A stretch of 32,000 nt of DNA. Source: Candidatus Saccharimonadota bacterium. GTDB taxonomy: Bacteria; Patescibacteriota; Gracilibacteria; BD1-5; UBA2023. A program made the translations under genes and the position numbers. Location of the stretch: contig OY970170.1 in NCBI GenBank assembly GCA_963706795.1, forward strand, positions 420,001 through 452,000, given 5' to 3'. The notes under the pieces are model-generated. The model was not told where the DNA came from. It saw only the letters and a list, made by a program, of their open reading frames with translations, and searched no databases. Below are positions 19,094-31,739 of the stretch, in pieces (the stretch's first letter is position 1; the number at the start of each line of letters is the position of its first letter).

Positions 19094-20194
19094 TTAATCA
19101 AACAACCCTCCAAAAATTCCCTTCGAATTATATGTCGAGATGTCTTTTTCTTTGGCGATTGCCTCGTAGAGTTCGCGTTCTTTTTTTGTGAGTTTTTTGG
19201 GCATGGCCATAACGAGCTCAACGATGAGGTCTCATTTGCCGTGACGAGATACGCGCTGGACACCTTCTCCTCGGAAAACGAGCTCTGAGCCTGGGTCGGT
19301 TCCTGGTTTGAGATCGATGGCTTTTTCGCCAATAACTGGGATTTGGATGGTTTTTTTGGTACCGAGAATAAACTCTACAGGATCAAATGAAGCCTTGTAG
19401 TGGAGGGTTTCCTCATCACGGATGAGGCCTTCGAATTCGGATGGAACTTCGAAATGGACGAAGAGATCGCCAGATCCATCTCGTCATTCGTGTCATTCAC
19501 TGCGGAGCTTGATGGTCATGCCATCGTCGATTCCGGCTGGAACTTCGATAGTTCGGGCTCGCGTATCATCAACATATTTTGAACCCTTACATTTTGGACA
19601 GGCTTCTTTGACGATTTTGCCAGAACCACCACAGCGCTCACAGGTGACAACCTGCTCGACCACACCAAAAAGTGACTGCATACGGCGCTTTACACGGCCA
19701 TTTCCGTTACAATCCGGACAGCTCATCATGTCGGTTCCTTTTTTAGCACCGGTTCCGTGACAATCACCACAGATGATGCGCTTTTTGAATTTGATTTCTT
19801 TTTTTATTCCGCGAATTGCTTCCTCAAAAGAAATTTTGACCTGGACCTCGATGTCAGCGCCGATTTCTTGGCGTCTTCCGCCGCCTCCTTGGCTAAATCC
19901 TCCGCCAAAAAAGCTCTCAAATATGTCTCCAAAATCCATATTCGCTCATCCGAAGCCTCCACCCTGAAAACCTCCTCATTCGCTCGAACCGAAGCGGTCA
20001 TAGTGCGCTTTTTTTTGAGCATCAGAAAGCGTCGCATATGCTTCGTTAATGCGTTTGAATTCTGCTTCTTTTGCCTTGTCGCCACCGTGTCGGTCAGGGT
20101 GGGACTCCATTGCTTTTTTGCGATATGCCTTTTTGATATCGTCAGCGGACGCATCGCGAGATACGCCGAGTGTGTCATAAAATTCGTAAGCCAT
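19094..20194 (-). CDS. dnaJ: molecular chaperone DnaJ
   Basis: 366 aa. J domain with HPD ([13 protein letters not shown]), G/F region, and four CxxCxGxG zinc-finger repeats ([32 protein letters not shown]). Five in-frame TGAs (19976, 19946, 19493, 19484, 19232), two of them inside the Gly/Phe-rich linker. Stop TAA at 19094. Confidence 0.95.
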
Positions 20195-20293
20195 GCGCCA
20201 CATTGTAGTAAAAAATAGCACCGAGACAAATCATGTGCAAGAGTTTTTTGTGCAAACTCCTTGCATCCTGTCAAAATTCAGGAGAATAGCCAC

Positions 20294-20983
20294 ATGAATC
20301 AAAAACTCTCACAATTTCTTGGAATAAAATCAGAGCCGAGCGAATACGAAAAAGCGTTCTTTTTAAAGACGATTCGAGCAATGCGGCTCGTGTCATGGAT
20401 CCCATGAATTCGTATGGTGGCGATCTGTAATTCGCTCTCGATGTACGCATCGGATGAGGATTCGGATATTGATCTTTTTGTCGTGAGCGATCCTCGTCGG
20501 ATGTGGCTCGTACGCATTTTGATGACTGCGGTTTTCCATTTTTTGAGACTCAGACGACATGGCGCACGCGTGAAGGGGCGATTTTGTCTCTCGTTTTTTG
20601 CGACAACAAACGCTCTCGACTTCAGTGAATTTGCCATCACAGATGACATCTACCTCACCGCTTGGATCGAACATTTGAAGCCGATCATGAATATCGGAGA
20701 ATGCTATGAAAACTTCCTCCAAAAAAATGCTCATTGGGCGCCGGTAAGTATTGGGCAAGTAAGTAAAAATCGAGTTTTTGAACGGGTTATATATCCAATA
20801 AAAAACGAGCGTTTCCCAATGATATGGGACACGCTCGATAGAGTTTGTAAGTGACTTTTTGAATGGATTACCCTGCGTGAATACCGACGCCTTGGGAAAC
20901 CATGGGGCGTAATCATCTCGGATGATATGCTCAAATTTCATGAGAATGATCAGAGGGAGAAAGTGAGAGAGAGGATGCTGTAG
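20294..20983 (+). CDS. Pol-beta-superfamily nucleotidyltransferase domain protein, 229 aa
   Basis: Table-25 ORF from ATG 20294 (GGAGA 9 nt upstream) to TAG 20981..20983 with 2 in-frame TGAs. NTase signature NSLSMYASDEDSDIDLFVV (G/S-x-D-x-D type). The track shows only 20414..20854. Confidence 0.7.
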
Positions 20984-20985
20984 GG

Positions 20986-22866
20986 CTATTTGCCGACATC
21001 TCCGATAATCTTTACACCTGCAGCCTTTGCTCCAACAGTAATGAGTGCAGTAGCCAGAGTAAATGTCACAATCGTATTTCGCATATATGCAGCTGCTACG
21101 AAAGAGAGCATGATACCTCCCATAATAGAATAAAACATAGACGGCTCTTGGATGCGAATCTGGTTGAGAGCATCAATGATATTTTTACCAACTCCAACAC
21201 TCAGAAGCATACCTTCATAAGCAGCGTGATTGAGCTGAGTACCCGCGAATTCGTTGAATTCAGCAATATACTTGTTCGTAGGAGCTTCTACGAATTGGAT
21301 GAGTCTTTTTGCACCTTCTTCTCCAGGATGTTTCTCTAGAATCATCGCCGACATTGCCAAGTAGAGTTCAGAGCGAGTTCCTTGATTCATTTTCTCAAGG
21401 TTAGTCTCACCACCTGTAATAGCATAGAAGGTAAGTAGTTGATGAACAGAGAATGTTTCACCGTTATTAAATTCTCCAAGATAGTCTTTAAATCAGAACT
21501 TATCAAGTGCTCATGACATCTCAGAAGCAAATCCGTCCTTTTTTGTCATATCTTCGAGTAATGCTTGTGCCTTTGGATTAAATTTTCGATCACGGAGCAC
21601 ATTACGATACTCTCAAACATTTGTTTTTCCTTCGGTACCAGTGATACGGAGAATTACCTCCTCATCTAATCAACGATCACGAAGAGTACCCATACTTTCA
21701 TCCACTACACCATCAAAGTTACCTGTGGTTGGATTTTTACGAAAGATAGTAGCAGTGAGATGAGTGATAAGTTCTTCTGGTTTACTCATATCAATGTTTG
21801 CAATCGCCTGTTGAACACGATCCAGTTTTTCATAACCGATACCCTTGTAGAGACTACGAAGTGATTCGGATAATGGCATGTTTTTCCAATTTGGATTGAT
21901 CGTTCTGAGATTTTCATCCATCCAATCAGCATTTGCAGAAAGTGCCTTCAGCATAAGGGAAGTTGCAGAGAGTTCTTTTGCGCCACCTGAGAGTCCAAGT
22001 TTCTCAGGATAGTCATTAAATTTCTGGAGTTCGTTGAAAGTCTTGTTTCGTACAACATCATACGAAAGAATTCGTGAAGCGAGACCTACAGCCTCATCCT
22101 CTGCCTTTCGCTCATCATTGCCCCAAGTTCCAGCGGCTACGCCCGCACCAATAGCACCCCAAAAACTTTTGAAGACCTTTCGGTTATTTCTGCGAATGAG
22201 GTGACGTGCCATAAAGCTGTACTCAGCCTCTTTGAGCGCTTCTTTTGAAGACTCTGGAACCTTTTCTTCGGTTTGTTTGATCTTTTCTTTGGCTTCTTCA
22301 ACAGTTTTTTTAGTCGGCAATTTACCACCACTGCCCTCATCAGGCTGAAATTCAAAAAGCTTTGCAAGGCTCGGAAAGGCATGAGAAAACCATTTTTCGA
22401 TCTTGTTCAAAAAAGAGTCCCAGATATCGCCTGTCTTTGAAAAAGCGGCTGTGATTTTTTCGATCAAATTAAGTCCGCTGGCATTTTTTACACCATCAAA
22501 ATTTGAGACACTTGCTGCAACTGCGGCACCTGCCGCCGCTGCAATACCACCCTTTTTGAGAGCAACTTCGATGTTTTTGTCATGTTCTTCTTCATTGGAT
22601 CCAGCAGATACTTCCTGTGCAAAAGCTTTTACATCTGGACTCGCTTCCGAAGACTTTGAAACCTCAGAGATAATATCCATATCATCGCTCGAAAGTTCTG
22701 TACGAAGTGCTTCTTGCTGCTCTCGGGCAGTTGCCTTGGCTTTTGAGATCTTTATAAGGCGCTTTGAGAGATCACTGTCTTGCTTTTCGATAGATTTTGC
22801 AAGATCGTGAAGTGCAGAACGCGGAGCTTCTGAGGCTACTGATTTATCTTTGAGAATTTCTGACAT
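20986..22866 (-). CDS. ORFan membrane protein F, 626 aa (last gene of the ORFan array)
   Basis: Track ORFs 21670..22920 and 20986..21390 share a frame, and the gap contains only TGA (4 in total). Start is ATG 22866, stop TAG 20986. Ala/Gly-rich hydrophobic stretches (GIAAAAGAAVAASV, WGAIGAGVAAGTWG) and a C-terminal TM hairpin (MFYSIMGGIMLSFVAAAYM-RN-TIVTFTLATALITVGAKAAGV). Confidence 0.8.
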
Positions 22867-22904
22867 AGGAGGGTGTAATGTACTTGCTTCGATGTTATCA
22901 CTTG

Positions 22905-22935
22905 GAAAATAAAAAGGCAAATATCTGCCTTTTTA
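22905..22935 (-). terminator. terminator-like hairpin between ORFan genes E and F
   Basis: On the minus strand: AAAGGCA-gatatt-TGCCTTT followed by TATTTT, starting at the gene E TAA stop. It could act as an attenuator or partial terminator within the array. Confidence 0.45.
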
Positions 22936-25473
22936 AAATGTTTTCCATTTAGAACCAAATCACGTTTTATCAATTTCGGTAAGAAAATCTTTCTGGCGCT
23001 TGTAAGCAACAGCAAGATTGAGAATGGCTACAAATCAATCTCCGCGGGTGAGAACACTATCTAACGTACTAGTATCCTTTGTAGGACTTGAACGCTTCGG
23101 GATAGGCATCCCAAATTTTTCATACCATTCATCTGTCATTGCAGTCGTATCATCAATTATGTTCTGATACATTCGCAACTCAGCCATATCTGACATATAG
23201 AGGCCCGTTTTCACTTTTTTTGTAGTGAGAATGGTTCGGCCACCTGAAATTACTTTTGGCTCGGTAACATCCATGAGTCGATCAACAGAGGAAATCGGCT
23301 GCTGCCCTGCTATAATTCTTTCGACTACTTTTCTTGCAAGATCTCAAGACTTTGGAGGAAGAAGATCAATATACTCTCCTATGAAATCATCAAGATTTTT
23401 CTTATCTGCCTCAAGTGTTTTCTTGGCATGCTCAATATAGTGAGAATCTATTTTGAGAACATTTCCATAATTACTCAGAATAAATTCAATCATGTTTTTT
23501 TGCTGTGCAACATTTGCCTGTGAAGTGACAGTGCCAGTGATGTACTCAATTATATCCTCTACGACTGCTTCATGGGCATAATTCGCTCGTAGTGTAAACT
23601 TATAGGCACTATTTTTATCATCTCATTGAGAGTATTCTGGCTCACCACTTCCTGCAATAATCATAGCAATACGCTCTCTTAGCGCTTGATCTTTATTCCG
23701 ATGCGTAGTCTTCACTCATTGCATATTTTTTTTCTCGGTGAGACCGTAAAGCATCGTATTTCCAGAAGAAAACATCCCACGTTCTGCACGATAGTCACTG
23801 AGAACCGCTAGAATGGCTGATGTAGACCACTTCGTAAACTCATCAATGCGTGAGTTCCAAAGTCCTGTATCTCGAATTCCTACGGTCATGAATTCTCTCG
23901 GATCTGTACCAAAATCGAGTGTCGTCTTATAAAAAGCAATATCTGGTGCAACTGTATCTCGGCCGAAAACATTATGAACACGGAATCATCCACGTGTTCA
24001 CGGAACACGAATGTCTGCACCATTTGTTTTATCAAGTAAGTCGTGGGTAGCACCAAATGATAGTATATGTCCTGTGACAGATTTACCACTTGATGACTCA
24101 CGTCCTGGAAAGTTTCTCCAAGCAGCCTTATCAAGTCAGAACTGACCTCAAAGAGCCATTCCTGCAGCAATAGTAAGACCTCCGGCAATCATTGAGGCAG
24201 GTATCTTCCAAAGTCATGGAGCTATCTTGCTTCATGCCTTTGCTCACGCGGTGAAAAGTCAGGCTTCAGCTATTCATTGTGAGAATGAAAAAAGATCACT
24301 CGAATTTTTGTGATACTCACGGAAGAATACCCCCATCATAAGTCCATGCATGGTTGTACCTCCTACTTTAGCAAGTCCATTGAGACTGAGAAGCGTTGCC
24401 TGCAAAGTCTTTTCTGTAACTCCACCAAACTTGGCAAGTAGCTCTGTTTTTGCGGCAGAAAATTTTTGCAGATCAACAATCTTGAGTTCGCTTGGTGTAA
24501 GCGCAGCAAGTTTTGCATGCGCACGATCAAAGCCCGCAAGGCTATAGCTCGTAAAAGCTCATCGAGTAGAGTTATACACCTTCCCCATTTCCGCCATAAT
24601 TCGGAATGAAAGACTTGAGAGCTTGGAACGATCGAGGGCAATTGCTCCGAATTGTTTCACAATAGATCGATCAACCTCCTCTAGCGCCCCAAGTTCATTA
24701 CGAAAGAAGACCCGTTGGATTCTATGTACCGTATTCCCAATAGTATCAATAGTACCAGCTCAGACACTCATCAATCAAAATGTGCTCGCCGTATTATTTA
24801 TCAAGCTCTTAGCCTGTTGGACTCTCTCGTATTTAATCACAATAGCACCCCCGAGATAACTCTCAGTCTCAAGATTGTCCCTAAGTGCATCTAGCTGATC
24901 ATTGAACGGCTTATTGCGTGCACTCAAAATGGGTGCTGTATCGATAAGAGGGGCTCATTTTTTGGACGAAACCTTGAAAACCTCTGCGAGGTTAATCATA
25001 TATTTTGTGTTCTCAGCCTGAGACGGAACAGCTACCCAAAGCGTCAACATGCCTCGGCTTACTTGGGCTTTTTTGATCTGGGCAAGCCCGCCAAAACTTT
25101 GAGCAATTGCATCAGTGAAGGCTATTGCCTTTTCTGTAGCGATTGGTTTGTGTTTGTGCTCCTCTGCAAGCGCACGATCCTTTGGCAGAGCATCGAAATC
25201 CTTAAGAAGTGCAGCCCGTATAAGACCCGCTATTTCAAGTCCTTTCTTTGCAATTGATTGCTCTGCTCCTGTCTCCTCATCCTTGAAGTCTGTCTCGTAG
25301 ATACGCTTATAGGCGATCTCTGTGTCAGGTTCCTTGCCGAGCTGTATATCCAGGTGATGGAGCTCTTTTTGTCGCAATAAAGACTCTTGGGCACGCGTAA
25401 ACAAGGGGCGAGCCCCTTGAATTTTTTCTCTATATGAATCGCTCGGTTGAACCGTATTGAGTGCTTCGGACAT
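22933..25473 (-). CDS. ORFan protein E, 846 aa, with a Gly-rich hydrophobic core
   Basis: One frame runs from ATG 25473 to TAA 22933..22935. It joins track ORFs 24955..25524 and 23035..23274 across about 1.7 kb that shows no ORF in this frame on the standard-code track. I translated it codon by codon: 18 in-frame TGAs and no TAA or TAG. The hydrophobic segment is GLFTAGAKAGSKIAPGLWKIPASMIAGGLTIAAGMALGG. Confidence 0.8.
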
Positions 25474-25499
25474 AGTGTGAGGATTACTTCTTGAGTGTA

Positions 25500-27791
25500 T
25501 TAACCTTTCTTGAGTACTTCTCAAGCCTTTTTAATGAGACTTGCAAAATCTAGCTTGAGAGACTTAGGGTTAAAGAAAGTATCTGAGAGTACCTTTGATC
25601 CAACATGTGCATTGATCTCATGGATTATACCAAAAATGCTATCTGCTGCGGTAGGACTTCACTTAAGTGCCGTAATATCAGTCACAAATTGTGCCCGAGT
25701 TCCGCCCTTTGGCTTATAGGTAAGGGACTTTCCTTTGATATCAGATACCTCTCTCTTCAAATCTCTGCCTTCCTTATTCAGTTCTTTCATCTCACCCTGA
25801 AGAGCACTAAGCTCACTAACAAGAGCATCTCTCGCTGGATTTGTAGTTTGTGTGCTCATGCTCGTAGTATGACCACGTGCATCTGTGCTCATAATTGGAG
25901 CTCCTGGAATACTGGCTGGAGTGGTTTTTAATTCATCAAGTTTGGCATCGATTGCTTTTTGTTTCTTTTCAATTTCTACGTCTACATCAGCAATGCGATT
26001 TACTTTCACTTGTGCCTTGCGATCGTTTTCATCCCATTCCTGCATATCTGCATATTTCGTTAATTGATCTCGAAATTTCTCATACAAAACGCGAGATTTT
26101 TCATCTGAAAAGTTTATATCTTTTTTCTCCATGTCAGTTGAATTGTATGCATTACCCTTAATTCGCTGGGCAACAGCATCAATGGCATCGGTACTATCAG
26201 ATTTTGTAAGGAATCTACCATTTACAAAAGGAAGTGAGTCTCCAAGCTTTTGAGCACTTCGAATAACGGTTGCAGTTTTCTGAACTTTTCCTTCAGCAGT
26301 ACGTACTGGGATTTGCCATAGACCTCGCTTTCCAGCGATAATATCCTCGGCGCGAGTTGCGTATTCTGAAGTAGACATCTGACCAGCTTCATATTTTGAG
26401 CTGAGATCACGATAAGCGGATTCACGAGCGCGTGCTTCCTTTCTTTGACGTGCCCAAGTTGGCTCTTGAGACTTGAGCCCATCTTCGGCAGCCCGTTGTT
26501 CATCAGGAGTCATAGCGGCGTATTCCGTGCTATCCTGAAGAGCTTTTAAAGCTACTTCAAGTTTAACTGGTGATGTAGCTCGGATTTTTTCGATAGTCTT
26601 CGCACGATATTCTGTATAATTCTTCGAAGCTGGAGTAAATTCTGGGAGCTCATGATGAGCATCAGCATAATCAGAGCTGAGTGCATATTTAGAAGCCACA
26701 TCTCCAAATAGTTTCATCTTATCTCCAATACCCTGTATCGTGGGCGCTGCAACACGAACACCAGGAATTACACCAGCAAAAGCTCCAGCCCCTTTTACAA
26801 ATGCACCTGGCGCATTAAATAAAAATTTTGTAGCCTTTGGAACTCTACGCATCGTCTTCCATATAAGTATTGCGGCAGCTCCTGTTAATAGTAGGTGCTC
26901 ACTTGCCACTCATCCGGTCACATCCCAAACAAAACCTGCTGTGTTATCTATTCCGCTATTTATCATTCCTGTAACGGCTTTGGTTGCCATATTAGGCAAT
27001 ACCTCATCACATCCAGACTCGAGTGCAGACATCCATGAAGCAAGCGTAGTGAGTTTATCTAAACGGGTTCCCTCATTTCCTGGGTTCTGGCCATTTGGCA
27101 GAAGCGTACTCTGATCTTTTGCTGCGGCAACAACCGAATTAATCACCTTTGCAAACTGCTCTCGAGATGCATTTCGTACATTATGAGCAGTATCTTTGGT
27201 AGCTTGAGCTTGGATTCCAATATCGCTACTTCCAAAGAACCGTGAAGCCTTATTCCCCTTCTGAGCACCATCTCCCGCGATAACATAGGTATCAAATTTT
27301 CTCATACTTCGTTTTGCCGAAGCAATAATCTCTTCGACAAGTGCCTGTTCTTTTTCAGCATTATCTCTCAAATCCGCAACTGAGTATCCAAAATCGGCCG
27401 CGCTTTTAAATACCGATTTTGTACTCAGCTTGAGACGCTCAGCATCTGTAAGACCTACAGGGAAAGACTTTCCATCGCGAGGAGTATATACCTGCAGTTC
27501 ACGAATTTCACCTACAAGATCACTGAGTTTTGCAGCAGTACTTGTGCGAGTCTTCTTGAGTTCGTCATGAAGCTGTACAATCTGTGAATCAGGCAGACTT
27601 CGCACAGCAGGAAGCAGAACTTCACGTACAAACTGTGGCGTGAGCTTATCAAGATTACTCGGAAGTTCATTTGCAATCCCTGACATGGAATTTTTGAGAG
27701 CCTGGATTGCTTTTTTATCTTCGGAAGTGATCGGAAGATCTCCAGATACTTTGTCCTTGATCTGAGTATAGAGAGGAGTGTCGAGTGACAT
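25500..27791 (-). CDS. ORFan protein D, 763 aa
   Basis: Track ORFs 26910..27791 and 25659..26909 abut at TGA 26910..26912. The frame continues past TGA 25659 to TAA 25500..25502 (3 TGAs). Internal hydrophobic pair HLLLTGAAAILIWKTM / GAFVKGAGAFAGVIPGVRVAAP, with coiled-coil-like K/E/Q-rich regions. Confidence 0.85.
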
Positions 27792-27819
27792 ATACGGGAA
27801 ATTTAAAATCTATTTATTT

Positions 27820-29781
27820 TTATATCTGCTTGAGAGTTGCGGCGTCTACAAAGAAATTTTCATCGTTATAGATGATTTCAACATAGATACTTTGGCCGAA
27901 TTTGGCGGTATTTTTTCCAAGTTCGACAACATTATTTTGAGTGAGGACGTACTGATTTTGAGGATTCTTTGAAAGTGTCGAATTTGCGAGATACGCTCAC
28001 GTTGCATCACGAGGGACTGTTGGGAAGGCCACCTTTACATTCTTACCGACCGGAATATCCAGTCCATTAATCTTATGTGAGCTCACTATTGTATTATTTG
28101 GAGTACTCTGTGGACTTTGAGTGACCTGCTGTACAGGCTGAGCATCTTTCACCGGAGGAGATTTGAGATTTTTAGCAATCTCCGGAAGGAGATCGGAGAG
28201 TTTTTTGGATGCAATCTTTTTAGGTGTGAGATCGTATTGTTTAAGAAAAGCTTCTTTTTCTGTTACTCCTTCGTTTGGTCCATTTCCTGTAAGTCTTGCA
28301 TTTGCATCTCATCCATTGATATATGCCCTGAGTACTCGCTTGAGCATTTTAGTCCCTAGTTTAGAATTCACAGGGAGTTCTGTTTCTAAAGTATTTGAGA
28401 AGATTGACGCCTTATGATCCGCTGGAAAAAGTTTTGCGAGTGGGATATCTTCCAAATCTGATTCTACAAAATCTAAGTAGTCTTCGAATTTTCATGGACT
28501 CGGAGTTCCTTTGAGTTCAGAGAGTTGTGTAATGTCAGCCTTGAGTCCCGCCTCGCCTTCAAGAGCCTTTCGGAGAGTCTTTTGCTCTGTAGTGTTTACG
28601 CTGTTATCGTCTGGTCCAGAATCCTTCGCATCCTTCTTATTCTTTGATTTTCCTGTAGATCAGCCGAGCCCATCGAGTAACTCTGTAGCCTTCTCAACTC
28701 CTCCAAGTGACTTAGTAACTCCATGGAGGAAAAGTCCACCAAGAAGGAGTTGCCACCCTGAAAACCCCTTTATTTCTCCCGTAAGAAGCTTAAATGCGAG
28801 ATAGAGCATACCCACAAAGACGATAGGTGCTGAGCTGCCAGAACCAGAAATAATATCCTTGGCGAGATTTACCGTTGTGCCAACTGGAGCTTCCATGAAA
28901 TCTTTTGCAAGCCCCTTGGTACCACGATCTTTAAGCTTTTGAAGGACACTGTCAGACACTTCTACCTCTCCCGTTGGAGTTGCAATCTTTCCAGTCTTTG
29001 CAACTTCTGAGAACTGCTTCTCAACATTGGCTGTCGTTTCTACATATCGAGTAATCGTCACACGATCTACTGCGCCAAAGTCGCTTGCAGCAAAACTGAG
29101 GAGGAGACGCTTATCGGCAGGGTCTTTTACTTTTTCTTGGATTTGAGCTTCGTATTTCTCGCGGTCAGTTTCTGTGAGATCGTATTTCTTTTTGAGTGTC
29201 TCTATATATTCCTTGGTTGTTGCATTTGAATCAAGTACCCCCTTTGCATCCTTTTTTGAATCTACAAACTCCGAAAACTCTGGAGTATTGATGACCATTG
29301 CCTGTTGAATAGAAGGGAGAACGAGTTTGTTTTGTATAATTGCCGCATTCATCATATCGGCAATTTCCTTGGAATGATCCTCAGTCTTTCCAATATGTTT
29401 AGCCGTGATTTTTGTACCCTCGAGAACAAACTCGTAATCTGCTTGGAGATTTTTAAAAAGCTCTGAGATTACGCTGATACCACCTCCACCGAGGATCGCA
29501 AGGGATTCGAGTGTCTTTTGAACACGCTCAGTATCTTTTTGGCCAGTTGAGATAGCCTCAGAAGCTGTTTCTTTAGGTTGAGACGCAGTAGATTTTGCAG
29601 TGATTTCTCACTGGAGCACGTCGAGTCGTGTATTGATCTCCGCGAGCTTATCAGGAGTAGTCTCGAGCTCAAGCTTGAGACTTGCAAGTTGATTCTTTGC
29701 AAGGTTTTGATCATCCGCTGTAGGAAGCTTGTTTGCAGCTGCTTCGATAGCTGAGAATTTTGTTTCGATAGGTGTCGCCAT
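27820..29781 (-). CDS. ORFan protein C, 653 aa
   Basis: ATG 29781 to TAA 27820..27822 with 5 in-frame TGAs (29608, 28660, 28492, 28309, 27997); I checked every in-frame triplet. Central TM hairpin APIVFVGMLYLAFKLL ... GWQLLLGGLFLHGV. The C-terminal roughly 90 aa looks beta-rich. Confidence 0.85.
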
Positions 29782-29837
29782 AGACGGACTTGAGGAATAA
29801 TTACTTCTTTAGTTTGCCATATATGCGTCTTCTATTG

Positions 29838-29866
29838 CAAAAAAAAGCACCTTTTGGGCGCTCTTT
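29838..29866 (-). terminator. rho-independent terminator after ORFan gene B
   Basis: On the minus strand: AGCGCC-caaaa-GGTGCT (one G-U pair) followed by TTTTTTTT. It lies in the 156-nt gap between genes B and C. Confidence 0.6.
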
Positions 29867-29937
29867 TTAGTGAAAATATATTGACTTCTCTATATAAATA
29901 GGTTTGGAATATTTTTGATATTCACTGGTTTTGCTCA

Positions 29938-31605
29938 CTATACAGCGGTAATCGCGATCTTTGAGGCAAATGCGTGATTGGTGGTATTTCCTTTGTAGAG
30001 ATCGGTGACAAACTTTGCCATCTCCGCACGTGAGACGATCATAGGGTCACCTTTTCCAAACTGCTTACTCGCACCAATGAGTTCAAAAGACGAACCATTC
30101 ACACGAATATCTAGGATGAATGCATCATCGATAGTCTTAGTCAGTCCATAGAAGGATTTTTCGAATGGCTTTACAGCGATTGCAAATTTTTTGTCTCCGA
30201 TGACAATCACCTGCTTTGTACTATCAAAGGCAATATTTCCAGTTGGGAGATTAATGCCAGCTTCCTTCATTTTAGGAGCATCAAGCTCTGACCAGTCGAG
30301 CGTAATAGGAAAGTTAGTTGCCTTGTTGACCATGCTTGCCATCACTTCATCACGCTTAGTTGCGTATTGTGATTGTGCATTGGCGCTGTCGATCTTGGCA
30401 CGCTCTGTCTGAATGGTTGCAAGCGCTGCAGCTGGCTTCGTAAGATATGCTTCGTTGTATCCCACAAGTGCAAGGAGTTGCTTGCGAAGTCCGTAGACAT
30501 TCGCAAACCCCGTATCGAATTCTCCACCTGCAACTTGTTTGCGATACTGAGATTTAAATGGCTCAAACACATTATTTTTAATTGCTCCATTGATCACTGC
30601 TCCAAGCGTATAGAGATCAGCCATGATCGCAGCGCGACTCGCATCATACTCTTTTGAAGCAAGAATCTTGTTTGCAATCGCTCGATATGAGCCGTCACTG
30701 AGATTCTGGACGCTCATGTCCTTAAATTTTTCTACGAGATCTGGTGTGATCGCAGTACCCTGAAAGAGCGCGAGATATGGCTTGTTATGATTGAGTCGTT
30801 CAGTAGCAGCTTTTTGAGCAGATTTCACTTCGTTAGTCTTGGCTTGCATGAGTTGGTTTTGCTTGTCGGCTTCGGCTTTTTGAGTTTGCTCGAGAGCAGT
30901 TCGACTTTGAGTTTCGAGGGCTGTTTTGTGGTTTGCGCCAAGAGAATTGAGCTTTTGATAGAGTCCTTCGTAGTCGTTTTTAAAATCGGCTGATTCAAAT
31001 TTTGGTGTCTTGATCGCCTCATTTACTCAAGCAAGTTCGCCTGCAAATATTGCTGCCCAGAATTCTGGAGTGTCGATTTTTTGTTTTTGTTCGCGTGCAA
31101 ATTCAAAGAATGGAACAAGATTTTTACGTTTCAGACCTGAAAGATCAACTCATTTAATGAGTTCAATCTTTATAAGCTTTTTACTCTCAGGATCCGAACT
31201 TTCAGGCATGCCATTTTTTGAGAGCTGAGCAAGAATATTGAGCGACTTACGCTCTTCGAGCTCCTTTCCTACGCCCTCAATGGCCATGTCTCCATCGCTA
31301 TATCCAAGGAACTTTGCAAAAATATCACCCACAATCGGAAGACTCAGAAGCCACTTAAAGATTTCTTGTATAAACGAAGGCGCGGAAGCCAAAAAATTCA
31401 TACCCTTCTCCTTGAGTGCTTCAAGCGGGAGAATCTTGCGATCAATCTCTAAAATTTTGCCATTCAGAGAATTGAGATACGCACTAAGATCATCTTGTGA
31501 GAGCTCTGAAATTTGTGTAGGAATTTCACCACCTCTAAATCCTGCGACGAGAGCCGGATTTGAAAGAAATTTTGAGAGATTTACAGGCTTCGTTTTTTCA
31601 TCCAA
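29938..31605 (-). CDS. ORFan protein B, about 555 aa (start uncertain)
   Basis: Track ORFs 31150..31605 and 29938..30849 share a frame and join through TGAs at 31150 and 31027. Stop is TAG 29938. The first canonical start after the upstream gene's stop is TTG 31605, but the frame stays open to ATG 31794. Amphipathic/hydrophobic stretch FIQEIFKWLLSLPIVGDIFAKFLG. Confidence 0.7.
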
Positions 31606-31739
31606 AAGCTTCGTGAGTGGAACAACAGAACTATCGATGAGGTTCGTGATACGTTCCTCAAACGAATTTGCGCTCGTTTTCGCCTCTGTAGCTGCATCCT
31701 CTGGATTCGTTTTTTCTGGGGAAGATGTGAGAGCTTGGA

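Noticed and set aside
23886-24641. Minus-strand track ORFs 23886..24188 and 24363..24641 within the gap that shows no in-frame ORF on the standard-code track.
   Set aside because: They are in the wrong frame relative to the continuous table-25 ORF of gene E (22933..25473), and their translations are not protein-like.
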